From an uncultured Alphaproteobacteria bacterium (GTDB taxonomy: Bacteria; Pseudomonadota; Alphaproteobacteria; SMXQ01): DNA of 64,000 nt. The notes under the pieces are model-generated. The model made no database searches, was not told the DNA's origin, and saw only the letters and a program-made list of their open reading frames with translations. A program made the position numbers and the translations under genes. The first letter of the stretch is position 1. Each line of letters starts with the position of its first letter. The DNA is taken from assembly GCA_963752345.1 (NCBI GenBank), contig CAVVYA010000002.1:62046-126045 (forward strand), in the 5' to 3' direction. Positions 29,284 to 40,068 of the stretch are shown piece by piece.

Positions 29284-30345
29284 ATGCATTTCGCTTTGCG
29301 TGCACTTCTGACCTGCTCTGTCGCCGTGCTGACGATCCTGGCGTCGGCCACTGCCGGCGCTCAATCCACGACGCAATCGACAGCCGGCCAATCGCCCGCC
29401 GACTTCTACAAGGGCAAGACCATCGACCTCATCGTCGGTTACGCGCCTGGCGCGGGCTACGACGCCTATGCCCAGCTGTTGCGCAGCGCCTTCAGCAAAA
29501 ACATGCCGGGTAATCCCAATGTCTTGATCAAGCATATGCCGGGCGCCGGCAGCCTGATCGCGGTCAATCATCTCTATAACCGCGCGCCGCGCGACGGCAC
29601 GGTGATCGGCCTGTTCAACCGCGCGGCACCCATGGAGCCGATGCTCGCCAACGAGAATGCTCAATTCGATCCGGCGCGGCTTAAATGGATCGGCAGCCTG
29701 AACAACGAGGTCAGCATCTGCGCCGCATGGCATACTGCGCCGGTGCGTACCTGGGACGACGCGACCAAGCACGAACTGATGATGATCGTCGGCAACATCA
29801 CCGACGATACCGGCATCTTCCCGACCATCCTGATGAACATGTTCGACGCCAAGTTCCGGCTGATCACCGGCTTCGGCGACGGCACCAAGATGGACCTCGC
29901 CTTCGAGCAAGGCGAGGGCAACGCGCGCTGCGGCTGGTCGTGGGGCACCGCGAAGCAGCGCCGCGGCGAATGGTTCACCTCGGGCCAGGCGATTCCTTTC
30001 GTGCAGTTCGGCCTGCGCAAGCATCCCGATTTGCCGAACGTGCCGCTGGTGCTCGATCTGGCGCGCAACGACGACGAGCGCGAGGTGCTCAAGCTGCTGT
30101 TCGCGCGCCAAGTGATGGGCCGTCCCGTCGCCGGACCGCCCGACATCCCCGCCGACCGCTTCGCCGTCCTGCGTCAGGCCTTCGCCGATACCATGAAGGA
30201 TCCGGAGTTCATCGCCACCGCCGAGAAGATGAATTTCGAATACGAATTCGTCAGCGGCGAGGAGGTCGAGAAGATCGTTGCCGACATGTCGCGCGCCTCG
30301 CCGGCGGTGGTGAAAATGGCGATCGCGGCGACGAAGCGGCGGTGA
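29284..30345 (+). CDS. TctC/Bug-family periplasmic solute-binding protein (orphan tripartite tricarboxylate transporter receptor)
   Basis: GGGGGAG RBS. Signal peptide. IDLIVGYAPGAGYDAYAQLL...HMPGAGSLIAVNHL...PRDGTVIGL matches the TctC family signature. No tctA or tctB is adjacent. Confidence 0.75.
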   Translation: MHFALRALLTCSVAVLTILASATAGAQSTTQSTAGQSPADFYKGKTIDLIVGYAPGAGYDAYAQLLRSAFSKNMPGNPNVLIKHMPGAGSLIAVNHLYNRAPRDGTVIGLFNRAAPMEPMLANENAQFDPARLKWIGSLNNEVSICAAWHTAPVRTWDDATKHELMMIVGNITDDTGIFPTILMNMFDAKFRLITGFGDGTKMDLAFEQGEGNARCGWSWGTAKQRRGEWFTSGQAIPFVQFGLRKHPDLPNVPLVLDLARNDDEREVLKLLFARQVMGRPVAGPPDIPADRFAVLRQAFADTMKDPEFIATAEKMNFEYEFVSGEEVEKIVADMSRASPAVVKMAIAATKRR

Positions 30346-30366
30346 TCAGGCTCCTCCGAGCACGCG

Positions 30367-31152
30367 TCAGCGAACCGACGCGGCGCTCGCCGCCAGGTTG
30401 TTCGGGTCGAGGCCGAGCGCCGAAATCGTCGTCGGCGTGAGTTGGCCGGTAGCGTCGATCCCGCGGCTCCGTTGGAAGCGGCTCAAGGCCGCCTCGGTCC
30501 GTGGTCCCCACACGCCGTCGATCGCGCCCGAATAGAATCCATTCTGGCGCAGCTTCAGCTGGATGCCGCGAACGACGCCCCGGTCGAGCGTGCTGCCGGC
30601 GAAAGTTGCGCCAGCCGGCGCGCTCTGGTTGGCACCCGCGGTCCGCGTGGGAAATGTGGATACGTCGAGTCCCATGGCGGCAACGCTCGCGCGGGTCACT
30701 TGGCCGACCTGCAGGCCCCGGGCGCGCTGAAAGTTCTCGAGCGCGACCTGGGTTCCCGTACCCGAGACGCCGTCTGCGGGGCCGTTATAGAAATTGAGCT
30801 GGCGCAACCGGTTCTGAATCGTGCGCACGTCGGTCCGATCGGTGATCGAGATCGGCGCCGCATCCGCGTCGCGTAGCGCGCTGACCGTCGCACCATCGAG
30901 CCGCGCCGAGATCGGTATCCCCTGGCTGCGCTGGAAGCGCTCCACCGAGGCCTGAGTTTCCGGACCCCAAAGGCCGTCCGCCGCGCCGTCATAGAGGCCG
31001 AGCGTGCGAAGGCGGTTCTGGGCGTCGCGCACCTCCGCTGATGGCTGAGGCGCCTCGGCGCGCACCGTGCGCGAAGCCGTCGACGACGGGGTCTGGGTGT
31101 TGGCACAGGCGGCGACAAGGAGCGTGGTGGCGAGCAGGGCGATGAGCTTCAT
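30367..31152 (-). CDS. Lipoprotein with four tandem peptidoglycan-binding (PG_binding_1-like) repeats
   Basis: Lipobox LLVAACANTQ. A roughly 60-aa unit (IQ.RLR.LGFY.G..DG..GP.T..A...FQR..GL) occurs four times. Confidence 0.75.
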   Translation of the reverse strand: MKLIALLATTLLVAACANTQTPSSTASRTVRAEAPQPSAEVRDAQNRLRTLGLYDGAADGLWGPETQASVERFQRSQGIPISARLDGATVSALRDADAAPISITDRTDVRTIQNRLRQLNFYNGPADGVSGTGTQVALENFQRARGLQVGQVTRASVAAMGLDVSTFPTRTAGANQSAPAGATFAGSTLDRGVVRGIQLKLRQNGFYSGAIDGVWGPRTEAALSRFQRSRGIDATGQLTPTTISALGLDPNNLAASAASVR

Positions 31153-31349
31153 CCCGGTCTCCTACGGCGAATGCCCATAGGGTCGATGGGCGCGACCAGC
31201 CTCTCTTCGGAGATAACGTCCGAGATACCGCGACGCTCCGTGGCGTCGAAGAATGTCCTGATGGTTATCGTGGGCCCTCCGGTGACTTCCGGCGTCTCAT
31301 TCAGCGGCCCCTTCCGGTTCGCCGCAGCGTCGAGACGCGACTTGGCCAT
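31149..31349 (-). CDS. Possible small protein (66 aa) whose stop overlaps the start of the PG-binding lipoprotein gene (ATGA)
   Basis: GAAGG about 8 nt upstream of the ATG at 31349. Moderately high GC3. No homology recognised. Low confidence. Confidence 0.3.
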   Translation of the reverse strand: MAKSRLDAAANRKGPLNETPEVTGGPTITIRTFFDATERRGISDVISEERLVAPIDPMGIRRRRPG

Positions 31350-31424
31350 CGTCGGCCTTCAATTAGTCCATCCCGGCGCGGAGGTCGTGATGGGCTTGCG
31401 GGACAGCACCGGAGCGGCTGCCGC

Positions 31425-31841
31425 CTAACAAGGAACTCCACTCAGTGGTGTGATATCCTCGGCGGGCCACCTGGCCCGATTTACAAATCGCTCGACCGTT
31501 TCCAAGAAGTCGACGATCGCGATCGGCTTGGACATATAGCCGTCGCATCCCTCTCCCAAAATGCGATCTTTGTCGCCTTGCATGGCAAATCCCGTCACCG
31601 CGACCACGGGAATGTGCCGCAGCGACGGATCCCGTTTGATGCAACGGGTCACTTCCAGCCCCGATACATCGGGCAGCTGAATATCCATGAGGACGAGGTC
31701 TGGACGATGTTCGCGCGTCAGACTTAACGCGGTCGCGCCATTCATCGCGCTGAGCGTTCGAAAACCGTCGTTCTCCAGAACGTCGCACAGCAACCGCATG
31801 TTCAATCCATTATCCTCGACAATCAAGATCGTCTTCGACAT
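31425..31841 (-). CDS. DivK-like single-domain response regulator
   Basis: MSKTILIVEDNGLNMRLL...DLVLMDIQLPDVSGLEV...IPVVAVTGFAMQGDKDRI...GYMSKPI closely resembles the DivK family. Confidence 0.8.
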   Translation of the reverse strand: MSKTILIVEDNGLNMRLLCDVLENDGFRTLSAMNGATALSLTREHRPDLVLMDIQLPDVSGLEVTRCIKRDPSLRHIPVVAVTGFAMQGDKDRILGEGCDGYMSKPIAIVDFLETVERFVNRARWPAEDITPLSGVPC

Positions 31842-32216
31842 CTCACATCCTGTATTTGACTCGATGTTCGTCGAACGCAAATCACGGGTCGCGGTTCACG
31901 CCAGCCGAATCCGTACGCGGTCGCGCCTCGCCAGAGCCGTCTGTCGTCAGATCGTGGTGGTGTGAATTATTCAGGAGATTGTCGCTGTGGGTAACTGCCA
32001 AGCGCACTTGACAGTTTTGTGGCATGTCGGCGCTAAAACTGACGTTTTTCGTCATGGGGTAAGAAGAAGCCAGCCACGTGGGCCTTCCCTCGGACGGCAC
32101 AGGTGGCACGAGATTGCTGTATCTTTCCGTAAACTATTGATCGTGACCGTGTCGACCGACCGCGTGTGAACGGCTAATAGTCCACACAGCGCGCACCATT
32201 GGGGTTATGGTGTGAC

Positions 32217-32402
32217 ATGCGAGAAATAGCGTCGTTGTCCCCTTATGCTTCACAGTCACTGCGAGATGAGTTAGATCAGCTATTACACGGCTTAGAGGTG
32301 GCCTGCGGAGTGTTGGGGGACGACCCGCAGGAAGCCCTGCGCGTTATCCAGTCCATCAAGGACCGTCTCGCATACGTCCGCGCGAGCACTAGGTTCATCT
32401 AA
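32217..32402 (+). CDS. Possible small protein (61 aa) with atypical, AT-richer codon usage between the two DivK-like genes
   Basis: The ATG at 32217 lies in an open frame (MREIASLSPYASQSLRDELDQLLHGLEVACGVLGDDPQEALRVIQSIKDRLAYVRASTRFI). The local GC is lower than surrounding genes. No clear RBS. Low confidence. Confidence 0.3.
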   Translation: MREIASLSPYASQSLRDELDQLLHGLEVACGVLGDDPQEALRVIQSIKDRLAYVRASTRFI

Positions 32403-32519
32403 TTCACGGACTTCGATAGTCAGCATCCGGTGCCGCGATCGCCCGTCACCCAAGCTTTCGTCAAAGCGGTAGATGTGGCTCATCGGTGACGCAGCAGCTG
32501 AGCCCGATTGTCAACCACA

Positions 32520-32951
32520 TCAACGGCGTTTGGCCGCATCTCCATCAGTGTCCGACAGGTCGGGACGCTCGGATGGGTTCTCACTGTCGGCCAGCAACTT
32601 TTCGACCAGTTCACTGAACTCCGTTATTCTGACGGGCTTTGCCATATAGGCGTCGCATCCGGCGGCTCGAAACTTTTCTTCATCGCCCTTCATGGCAAAG
32701 GCCGTGACGGCGAGAATAGGGCCAGGCTTAAGAAATGGATGGTCCTTGATCGAGCGGGCCACCTCCAGTCCTGACATATCCGGAAGCTGGATGTCCAAAA
32801 TGATCAGGTCCCAATCGTGGGCTCGCGCCAGTTGGAGCGCGGCCATCCCGCTATAGGCACGCGTTGTGTCATAGCCTCGGCTCTCTAGAACATCGCTGAA
32901 GAGCTTCATATTCATCTCGTTGTCTTCAACCACGAGAATTTTTTTCGCCAT
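32520..32951 (-). CDS. DivK-like single-domain response regulator (second paralogue)
   Basis: MAKKILVVEDNEMNMKLF...DLIILDIQLPDMSGLEV...AVTAFAMKGDEEKF...AYMAKPV, very DivK-like. Confidence 0.8.
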   Translation of the reverse strand: MAKKILVVEDNEMNMKLFSDVLESRGYDTTRAYSGMAALQLARAHDWDLIILDIQLPDMSGLEVARSIKDHPFLKPGPILAVTAFAMKGDEEKFRAAGCDAYMAKPVRITEFSELVEKLLADSENPSERPDLSDTDGDAAKRR

Positions 32952-33136
32952 TGTCCCCCCTACTCAACGCCGTACCATTAGCAACGCTTTGCTTGGGTCA
33001 ATAGACAGCGCTGCAATAGGTTAATTTGATGCTCATTTCGAAATGTGCCTGTGTATTAGCAAAAACATTAGCAAAATGACGATCGGCAGCGCGTCGTAAT
33101 GCGCCGTGCGGCCTACTTAAATCCTTGACTTCATTG

Positions 33137-33212
<76 letters not shown>

Positions 33213-33413
33213 GCCGTGACGGGCAGGGATGCAAGGTCCCGCGGCGGCGTTTTTAAACCTCGCGGACTCGCGCGTCCAGTGTGCCTGGAGAATCTGGCCG
33301 TCGCGTTACCATTCGCCGTCCGCGGTTTCGCGGCCTCGCTGCCGCGCGCCACTCTGCGCCTCGCCTTCGGCCCACGCGCCGATGCGCATTCACGCCGTGC
33401 CGGCCGATCGGCG

Positions 33414-34698
33414 TCACGCCTTGCGCGCCAATTCATAGAGCGCGACCGCGGCGGCGGCGGAAACGTTCAGGCTCTCCATGCGCTCCGAGATCGGCAGGCG
33501 CACGAGAATGTCGCAATGGTCGCGCGTCAGCCGGCGCAGGCCTTCGCCCTCCGCGCCGAGCACCAGCGCCACTTTGCCGGTCATGTCGGCGGCGGCCAGC
33601 GTCTGGGGCGCCTGGCCGTCGAGCCCGGCGATCCAGAAGCCCGCCTTCTTCAGCTCCTCGAGCGCGCGGGCGAGATTGATCACACGCACCAGCGGCACGA
33701 TTTCCACCGCGCCCGATGCCGCCTTGACCAGGGCGCCGGTTTCCGGCGGGGCATGGCGGTCGGGCACCAGCACCGCGTCGGCGCCGAAGGCGGCGGCCGA
33801 GCGCAGGATGGCGCCGACATTCTGCGGATCGGTCACCTGGTCGAGCACCAGGACGACGGATTTTTCCGCCTCGGCGGCACGGTCGAGCACATCCTCCAGG
33901 GCGACGTCGGTCAGCGGCTCGGAGAGCAGGGCGGCGCCCTGATGGACGGCACCGGGCGGCAGCACGCCGGCCGATCCCGTCGCGGTTCGACGCCTCCACG
34001 GCGAGCTCGCCCAGAATATTGGCAACACTGGCGTCACCGCGCAGCGTCTCGGCCGCTTCGTCGCTCAGCAGCAGCCGATGATGGCGCCGGCGCGGATTGG
34101 CCAGGGCGGCTTTCACCGCATGCAGGCCATAGAGCCAGACCTGATTGCGCCCCGGCCGGCCCGGGCGGGAGGCCGGCGTGGCACGGGGCGCGGCTGTGGC
34201 GTCCGAGGCGGCGGAACGGCGGTCGGAACCATGGTCAGGCCGCGCTTTGCGCGAAACCGGGGCGGAACGGGCATCCTGACTGAGGGAATTGAAGCGCGGG
34301 GCGGCCTCGCCGTGGCTGGCGTGATCCCTTGCGGCCGGCCTTTTCAAGCGTGGCGCGGCCTCGCCATGGGCCGCACCCGTCCGTGCGGCGGGCTTCGTGA
34401 AGCGGGAGCCGGCTTCCCCGTGGGCCGGATTTCCGCTGTGCCCGTGACGGAACGGTGCCTTGCCGGGCCGCTTGCCGAAGGCCGGCCGGTCGTCGCGCGC
34501 GCCGCCGCCTTCGCCACGGCCGAAGGCCGGCCGGCCGGCGGGTTTGCCGTGGGCGCCTTTGGCCATACGCGGTTTGGGACCGCCCTTGCCATAATACGAA
34601 GGACGGTCGGAGAAAGAGCCGGAGGTTGAAGGGCCCGAACGGTCGGAACGGGAGGACGGGCGGCCGGAAGGGCCGCCGGGGTGCTTGCGCTTGGCCAT
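33414..34698 (-). CDS. rlmB: TrmH-family 23S rRNA (guanosine-2'-O-)-methyltransferase RlmB with ~185-aa Arg/Gly/Lys-rich N-terminal extension; 1-bp frameshift near 33960-33980 in this sequence
   Basis: AAGGA RBS before the ATG at 34698. The SpoU substrate-binding N-domain (VWLYGLHAVKAAL) is in ORF 33433..34698. The catalytic SpoU methylase domain (GAVHQGAALL...VLDQVTDPQNVGAILRSAAAFGA...LNVSAAAAVALYE) is in ORF 33414..34037. The span length is 3n+1. Confidence 0.7.
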
Positions 34699-34797
34699 GA
34701 TCGTCCTTATATTCCGTTCCTCAAAACAAGTTGCAAGCTCTCTTCTCGCCGCTCCGAACGGACGGGCGCGCAGGGGCGCTATGCACTTGATTTGCGG

Positions 34798-34833
34798 TTG
34801 ACATTAAAAGGTAAATCCTCATAGTGCGCACTC
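34798..34833 (+). promoter_or_regulatory. Candidate sigma70-type promoter of the tRNA-Tyr / tRNA-Gly / tuf operon
   Basis: TTGACA at 34798-34803, then 16-17 bp spacer, then CATAGT/ATAGTG. About 30 bp upstream of tRNA-Tyr. Confidence 0.45.
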
Positions 34834-34860
34834 CGTTCCGCCGGCTTGTCACGTCGCAGC

Positions 34861-34946
<86 letters not shown>

Positions 34947-35033
34947 CGCGGCCGTCGCACCGGCGGGCGTATCGGAGGCGGCGGGATCGGTTGGGCGCAA
35001 GGAACGGAAGGATTAACGAATAGGCCGGATCAG

Positions 35034-35107
<74 letters not shown>

Positions 35108-35228
35108 ATCCCACGCCGGGTCCGCCTGGTGTGAAACGAGCGGAGTCCGATGCCGGATCCATAGCCGACTGATCGATGCGTTTCACCGAGACCACTTCCT
35201 CTAACGACTTAATCCTCAGGACTGACAA

Positions 35229-36419
<1,191 letters not shown>

Positions 36420-36467
36420 AGCAGGCAGGTTAGGTCAGGCGCAACGACAAGGAGCGCACCGCACGGG

Positions 36468-36486
36468 ACGGATGTCCCACATCCGT
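36468..36486 (+). terminator. Hairpin downstream of tuf (8-bp perfect stem acggatgt / acatccgt, 3-nt loop), weak T-tract
   Basis: It lies 50 bp after the tuf stop. Possible attenuator or terminator. Confidence 0.35.
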
Positions 36487-36589
36487 TCGCTCGACGCCCG
36501 GTTGGCCGCAAGGCCTCGCCGGGCGCCGGCATCTCATCGGCGAGACCATTTGGGGCGAGACCATTTGGTTTCAAGTGGGCCGGCGACAT

Positions 36590-36665
36590 AGGAGTGTAGC
36601 TCAACTGGTAGAGCACCGGTCTCCAAAACCGGGGGTTGGGGGTTCGATCCCCTCCACTCCTGCCA
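36590..36665 (+). tRNA. tRNA-Trp (anticodon CCA)
   Basis: Acceptor aggagtg/cactcct, anticodon stem ccggt/accgg with loop ctccaaa, TTCGATC T-loop, CCA. Confidence 0.85.
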
Positions 36666-36787
36666 TCGCCCCGTCACTCGACTGGCAGGCGAGGCGGGGG
36701 CGCATGAGACGGCGATCGCATGAGACTGTGTTGATGAGTGGGCGGTAGTTACGGACGATGAGCGGCGCAGGAAAGCAAAGTTAGAGC

Positions 36788-36985
36788 ATGGCGAAGACGT
36801 CACCCTTTGAGTTCATCCACCAGGTTCGCCAGGAAGTCGCGAAAGTGACCTGGCCGAGTTGCAAGGAAACCCTCATCAGCACCGGCATGGTGTTCGTGAT
36901 GGTGTTTCTTGCCGCCGTGTTTTTCTTTGTGCTCGATCAAGTGCTGCACTATATCGTGCGTCTGATCATGGGCCTTGGAGCTTAA
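36788..36985 (+). CDS. secE: Preprotein translocase subunit SecE
   Basis: 65 aa with a single TM helix. Its position before nusG is conserved. Confidence 0.85.
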   Translation: MAKTSPFEFIHQVRQEVAKVTWPSCKETLISTGMVFVMVFLAAVFFFVLDQVLHYIVRLIMGLGA

Positions 36986-36989
36986 TCCC

Positions 36990-37520
36990 ATGACCAAGCA
37001 TTGGTACGTCATCCACGTCTACTCCGGCTTCGAGAAGAAGGTCGCCGAATTGATTCGCGAGCAGGCAGGCCAAAAGGGCATGGCCGACAAGTTCGACGAG
37101 GTTCTCGTGCCCGTCGAGGAAGTGGTGGAAGTGCGGCGCGGCGCCAAGGTCTCGGCCGAGCGCAAGTTCTTCCCGGGCTACGTGCTGGCCAAGATGGAAA
37201 TGACCGACGAGAGCTGGCACCTGGTCAAGAACACGCCGAAGGTCACCGGGTTTCTCGGCGGCCGCGGCAAGCCGTCGCCGGTCACCGAGGCGGAAGTGCA
37301 GCGCATCCTGCGCCAGGTCCAGGAAGGCATCGAGCGGCCGAAGCCGTCGATCACCTTCGAGATCGGCGAGCAGGTGCGGGTCAGCGACGGGCCGTTCCAG
37401 TCGTTCAATGGCTACGTGGAGGAAGTGGACGAAGAGCGGGCGCGCCTGAAAGTGGCAGTGTCGATCTTTGGCCGCTCGACTCCGGTGGAGCTCGAGTATT
37501 CCCAGGTGGAAAAGCTTTAA
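36990..37520 (+). CDS. nusG: Transcription termination/antitermination factor NusG
   Basis: [20 protein letters not shown]... with KOW motif. The ATG lies 5 nt after the secE stop. Confidence 0.9.
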   Translation: MTKHWYVIHVYSGFEKKVAELIREQAGQKGMADKFDEVLVPVEEVVEVRRGAKVSAERKFFPGYVLAKMEMTDESWHLVKNTPKVTGFLGGRGKPSPVTEAEVQRILRQVQEGIERPKPSITFEIGEQVRVSDGPFQSFNGYVEEVDEERARLKVAVSIFGRSTPVELEYSQVEKL

Positions 37521-37680
37521 GCCTCGGCATCGGCCGGGCTTCGTGGATTTCGTTCAATCTGACCGTCGCGTTTCGTTTCGCGTCGCATGACGCGTTTTCG
37601 GGGCCGTTGCCCCACCCGTGCGGGAGGCCTTCTCCTTAAGACCATGGGGAGCCGCACCGCGCAACTCGTTGAGGAGTGTT

Positions 37681-38109
37681 ATGGCGAAGAAAGTCACTGG
37701 CTACATCAAGCTGCAGGTGCCGGCAGGCAAGGCGAATCCGTCGCCGCCGATCGGTCCCGCCCTGGGCCAGCAGGGCGTCAACATCATGGAGTTCTGCAAG
37801 GCCTTCAATGCTCAGACGCAGAGCCTGGAGCCGGGCATGCCGCTTCCGGTGGTGATCACGGTCTACCAGGACCGCAGCTTTACGTTCATCACCAAGACGC
37901 CGCCCGCTTCCTACTTCCTGAAGCAGGCCGCGAAGCTGACCTCGGCCTCGAAGAATCCCGGTAAGGACTTCGTCGGCAAGGTGACCATGTCGCAGGTGCG
38001 TGAGATCGCCAAGAAGAAGATGGTCGATCTCAATGCCAACGACGAGGACGCCGCGATGAAGATGATTGTCGGATCCGCCCGGTCCATGGGCATCGAGGTT
38101 ACGGAGTAA
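37681..38109 (+). CDS. rplK: 50S ribosomal protein L11
   Basis: [39 protein letters not shown]. Confidence 0.95.
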   Translation: MAKKVTGYIKLQVPAGKANPSPPIGPALGQQGVNIMEFCKAFNAQTQSLEPGMPLPVVITVYQDRSFTFITKTPPASYFLKQAAKLTSASKNPGKDFVGKVTMSQVREIAKKKMVDLNANDEDAAMKMIVGSARSMGIEVTE

Positions 38110-38114
38110 GCGTC

Positions 38115-38810
38115 ATGGCAAAAGCAGGAAAGCGCCTTCGTAAAGGCTACGAGAACATCGACCGTGACGCCTTCTATCCGCTCACCGCTGCGGTGAAGAT
38201 GGTCAAGGGCGCGCCCAAGGCGAAGTTCGACGAGACGATCGAGATTGCCATCAACCTCGACGTCGATCCGCGTCACGCGGACCAGATGGTGCGCGGCGTG
38301 GTCAGCCTGCCCAACGGCACCGGCAAGACCGTCCGCGTCGCCGTGTTCGCCAAGGGCGACAAGGCCGAGGAAGCCAAGAAGGCCGGTGCCGACGTCGTCG
38401 GCGCCGAAGATCTGGCCGAGAAGGTCACCAAGGGCGAGATCGAATTCGATCGCGTCATCGCGACGCCCGACATGATGGGCGTGGTCGGCCGCCTCGGTAA
38501 GGTGCTCGGCCCGCGCGGCCTGATGCCCAACCCGAAGCTCGGCACCGTCACGGCGGACGTCGCCAAGGCGGTGAAAGAGGTGAAGGGCGGCCAGGTCGAA
38601 TTCCGCGCCGAGAAAACCGGCATCGTGCATGCCGGCGTCGGCAAGGCGAGTTTCTCGGAGGATCAGATCGCCGAGAACGTGCGCGCCTTCTTCGACGCCA
38701 TCATCAAGGCCAAGCCCGCCGGTGCGAAGGGCACCTTCGTGAAGAAGGTGAGCATCAGCTCGACCATGGGGCCGGGCGTGAAGTTGGAAGTTTCGAGCCT
38801 GGCGCATTGA
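38115..38810 (+). CDS. rplA: 50S ribosomal protein L1
   Basis: [18 protein letters not shown]..., 231 aa. Confidence 0.95.
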   Translation: MAKAGKRLRKGYENIDRDAFYPLTAAVKMVKGAPKAKFDETIEIAINLDVDPRHADQMVRGVVSLPNGTGKTVRVAVFAKGDKAEEAKKAGADVVGAEDLAEKVTKGEIEFDRVIATPDMMGVVGRLGKVLGPRGLMPNPKLGTVTADVAKAVKEVKGGQVEFRAEKTGIVHAGVGKASFSEDQIAENVRAFFDAIIKAKPAGAKGTFVKKVSISSTMGPGVKLEVSSLAH

Positions 38811-39129
38811 GCGCCGGGTCGCAATGGTTCCGCTCAAGCGTGGTTCGCCAGGTTTGAGCGGTCAGTAGGATGGTCGCGCAAGCGGCCGTCCGCCTGTCCA
38901 AGACCGTGGGTGTGCGGTCCGGTTCGCCGGCCGCACTTAAGGGGGTAACCCGCCTGCGCAGACAGATCGAACCCATTCTCGGCGGGCATCCGCCGGTCGT
39001 GGGCTTGAACTTCTGGGACAGGGGAATGGACCCGCGGGGTCTTGTCCCGGGTCCTGTGCAACGGTGCTCCGCGCATCCGTCACCCAATTCGGGCGGCGGC
39101 GGTTCGGGGCCCAAGCATCGGAGACGATA
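38811..39129 (+). promoter_or_regulatory. Long rplJ 5' leader region (site of L10/L12 autoregulation in bacteria)
   Basis: 320-bp non-coding gap between rplA and rplJ, conserved in position. The call is by context only. Confidence 0.4.
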
Positions 39130-39648
39130 GTGGACCGATCGCAAAAGAGCGCGCAGGTCTCCTCCCTTCACGAACGCTTCGCCGGGGCCACCCTCGTGGT
39201 GGTCACCCGTCAAAGCGGTCTTACCGTCGCGGAATTGACAGATCTGCGCCGCAAGATGTTGAAGGCCGGAGCCGGCTACAAAGTGACGAAGAATTGGCTC
39301 GCCTGTCTCGCCCTTGAAGGTACGAAGTTTGCGGAACTGAAGCCGCTGTTCAAAGGCCCGACCGCCATCGCGCTGTCGACGGATCCTGTGGCAGCGGCGA
39401 AGGTGGCCGTCGAGTTCGCCAAGACCAACGAAAAGCTCGAGATCGTTGGCGGCGCGCTCAACGGACAGATGCTCGATGCCGCCGGCATCAAGTCTCTGGC
39501 CACCTTGCCCTCGCTGGATCAGCTCAGGGCAAAGTTTCTCGGCATGCTGCAGACGCCCGCGACTCGCATCGCTGGTGTGTTGCAGGCGCCGGCAGGCCAG
39601 TTGGCCCGCGTTCTTCGCGCCAAAGCAGACAAGGGTGAGGCAGCCTGA
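39130..39648 (+). CDS. rplJ: 50S ribosomal protein L10
   Basis: GTG start (VDRSQKSAQVSSLHERF) with GGAGA RBS. The upstream in-frame extension is rejected. Confidence 0.85.
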   Translation: MDRSQKSAQVSSLHERFAGATLVVVTRQSGLTVAELTDLRRKMLKAGAGYKVTKNWLACLALEGTKFAELKPLFKGPTAIALSTDPVAAAKVAVEFAKTNEKLEIVGGALNGQMLDAAGIKSLATLPSLDQLRAKFLGMLQTPATRIAGVLQAPAGQLARVLRAKADKGEAA

Positions 39649-39693
39649 GTGGGCTGTCCCGAAAATCGAAGTTCAAGCCTTTAGGAGATAGAA

Positions 39694-40068
39694 ATGGCTG
39701 ATTTACAGCGTCTTGTTGATGATCTTTCGAAACTGACCGTCATTGAGGCGGCGGAACTGTCCAAGCTTCTCGAAGAGAAGTGGGGCGTGTCCGCTGCCGC
39801 GCCGGTCGCGGTCGCCGCCGCCGGTGGGGGCGCCGCTGCTCCCGCCGCCGAGGAGCAGACCGAGTTCAACGTGATCCTCGCCGCCGCCGGCGACAAGAAG
39901 ATCAACGTGATCAAGGAAGTGCGTGCCATCACCGGTCTCGGCCTCAAGGAAGCCAAGGACCTGGTCGAGGGCGCGCCGAAGCCGGTCAAGGAAGGCGTCA
40001 ACAAGGACGAAGCCGAGAAGATCAAAAAGGTGCTGGAGGAAGCCGGCGCCAAAGTCGAGATCAAGTAA
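39694..40068 (+). CDS. rplL: 50S ribosomal protein L7/L12
   Basis: [22 protein letters not shown]...KVEIK. Confidence 0.95.
   Translation: MADLQRLVDDLSKLTVIEAAELSKLLEEKWGVSAAAPVAVAAAGGGAAAPAAEEQTEFNVILAAAGDKKINVIKEVRAITGLGLKEAKDLVEGAPKPVKEGVNKDEAEKIKKVLEEAGAKVEIK

Noticed and set aside
28580-29305. ORF-track CDS calls inside the 690-bp gap (e.g. 28580..29305, 241 aa; 28775..29086)
   Set aside because: Composition is Arg/Pro/Ala-rich with no RBS and no recognisable domain. Treated as non-coding.
33433-34698. 421-aa single ORF covering the rlmB region
   Set aside because: Only its N-terminal half is RlmB. The catalytic domain is in ORF 33414..34037 after a frameshift, and the rest of the long ORF is out-of-frame Arg/Gly read-through.
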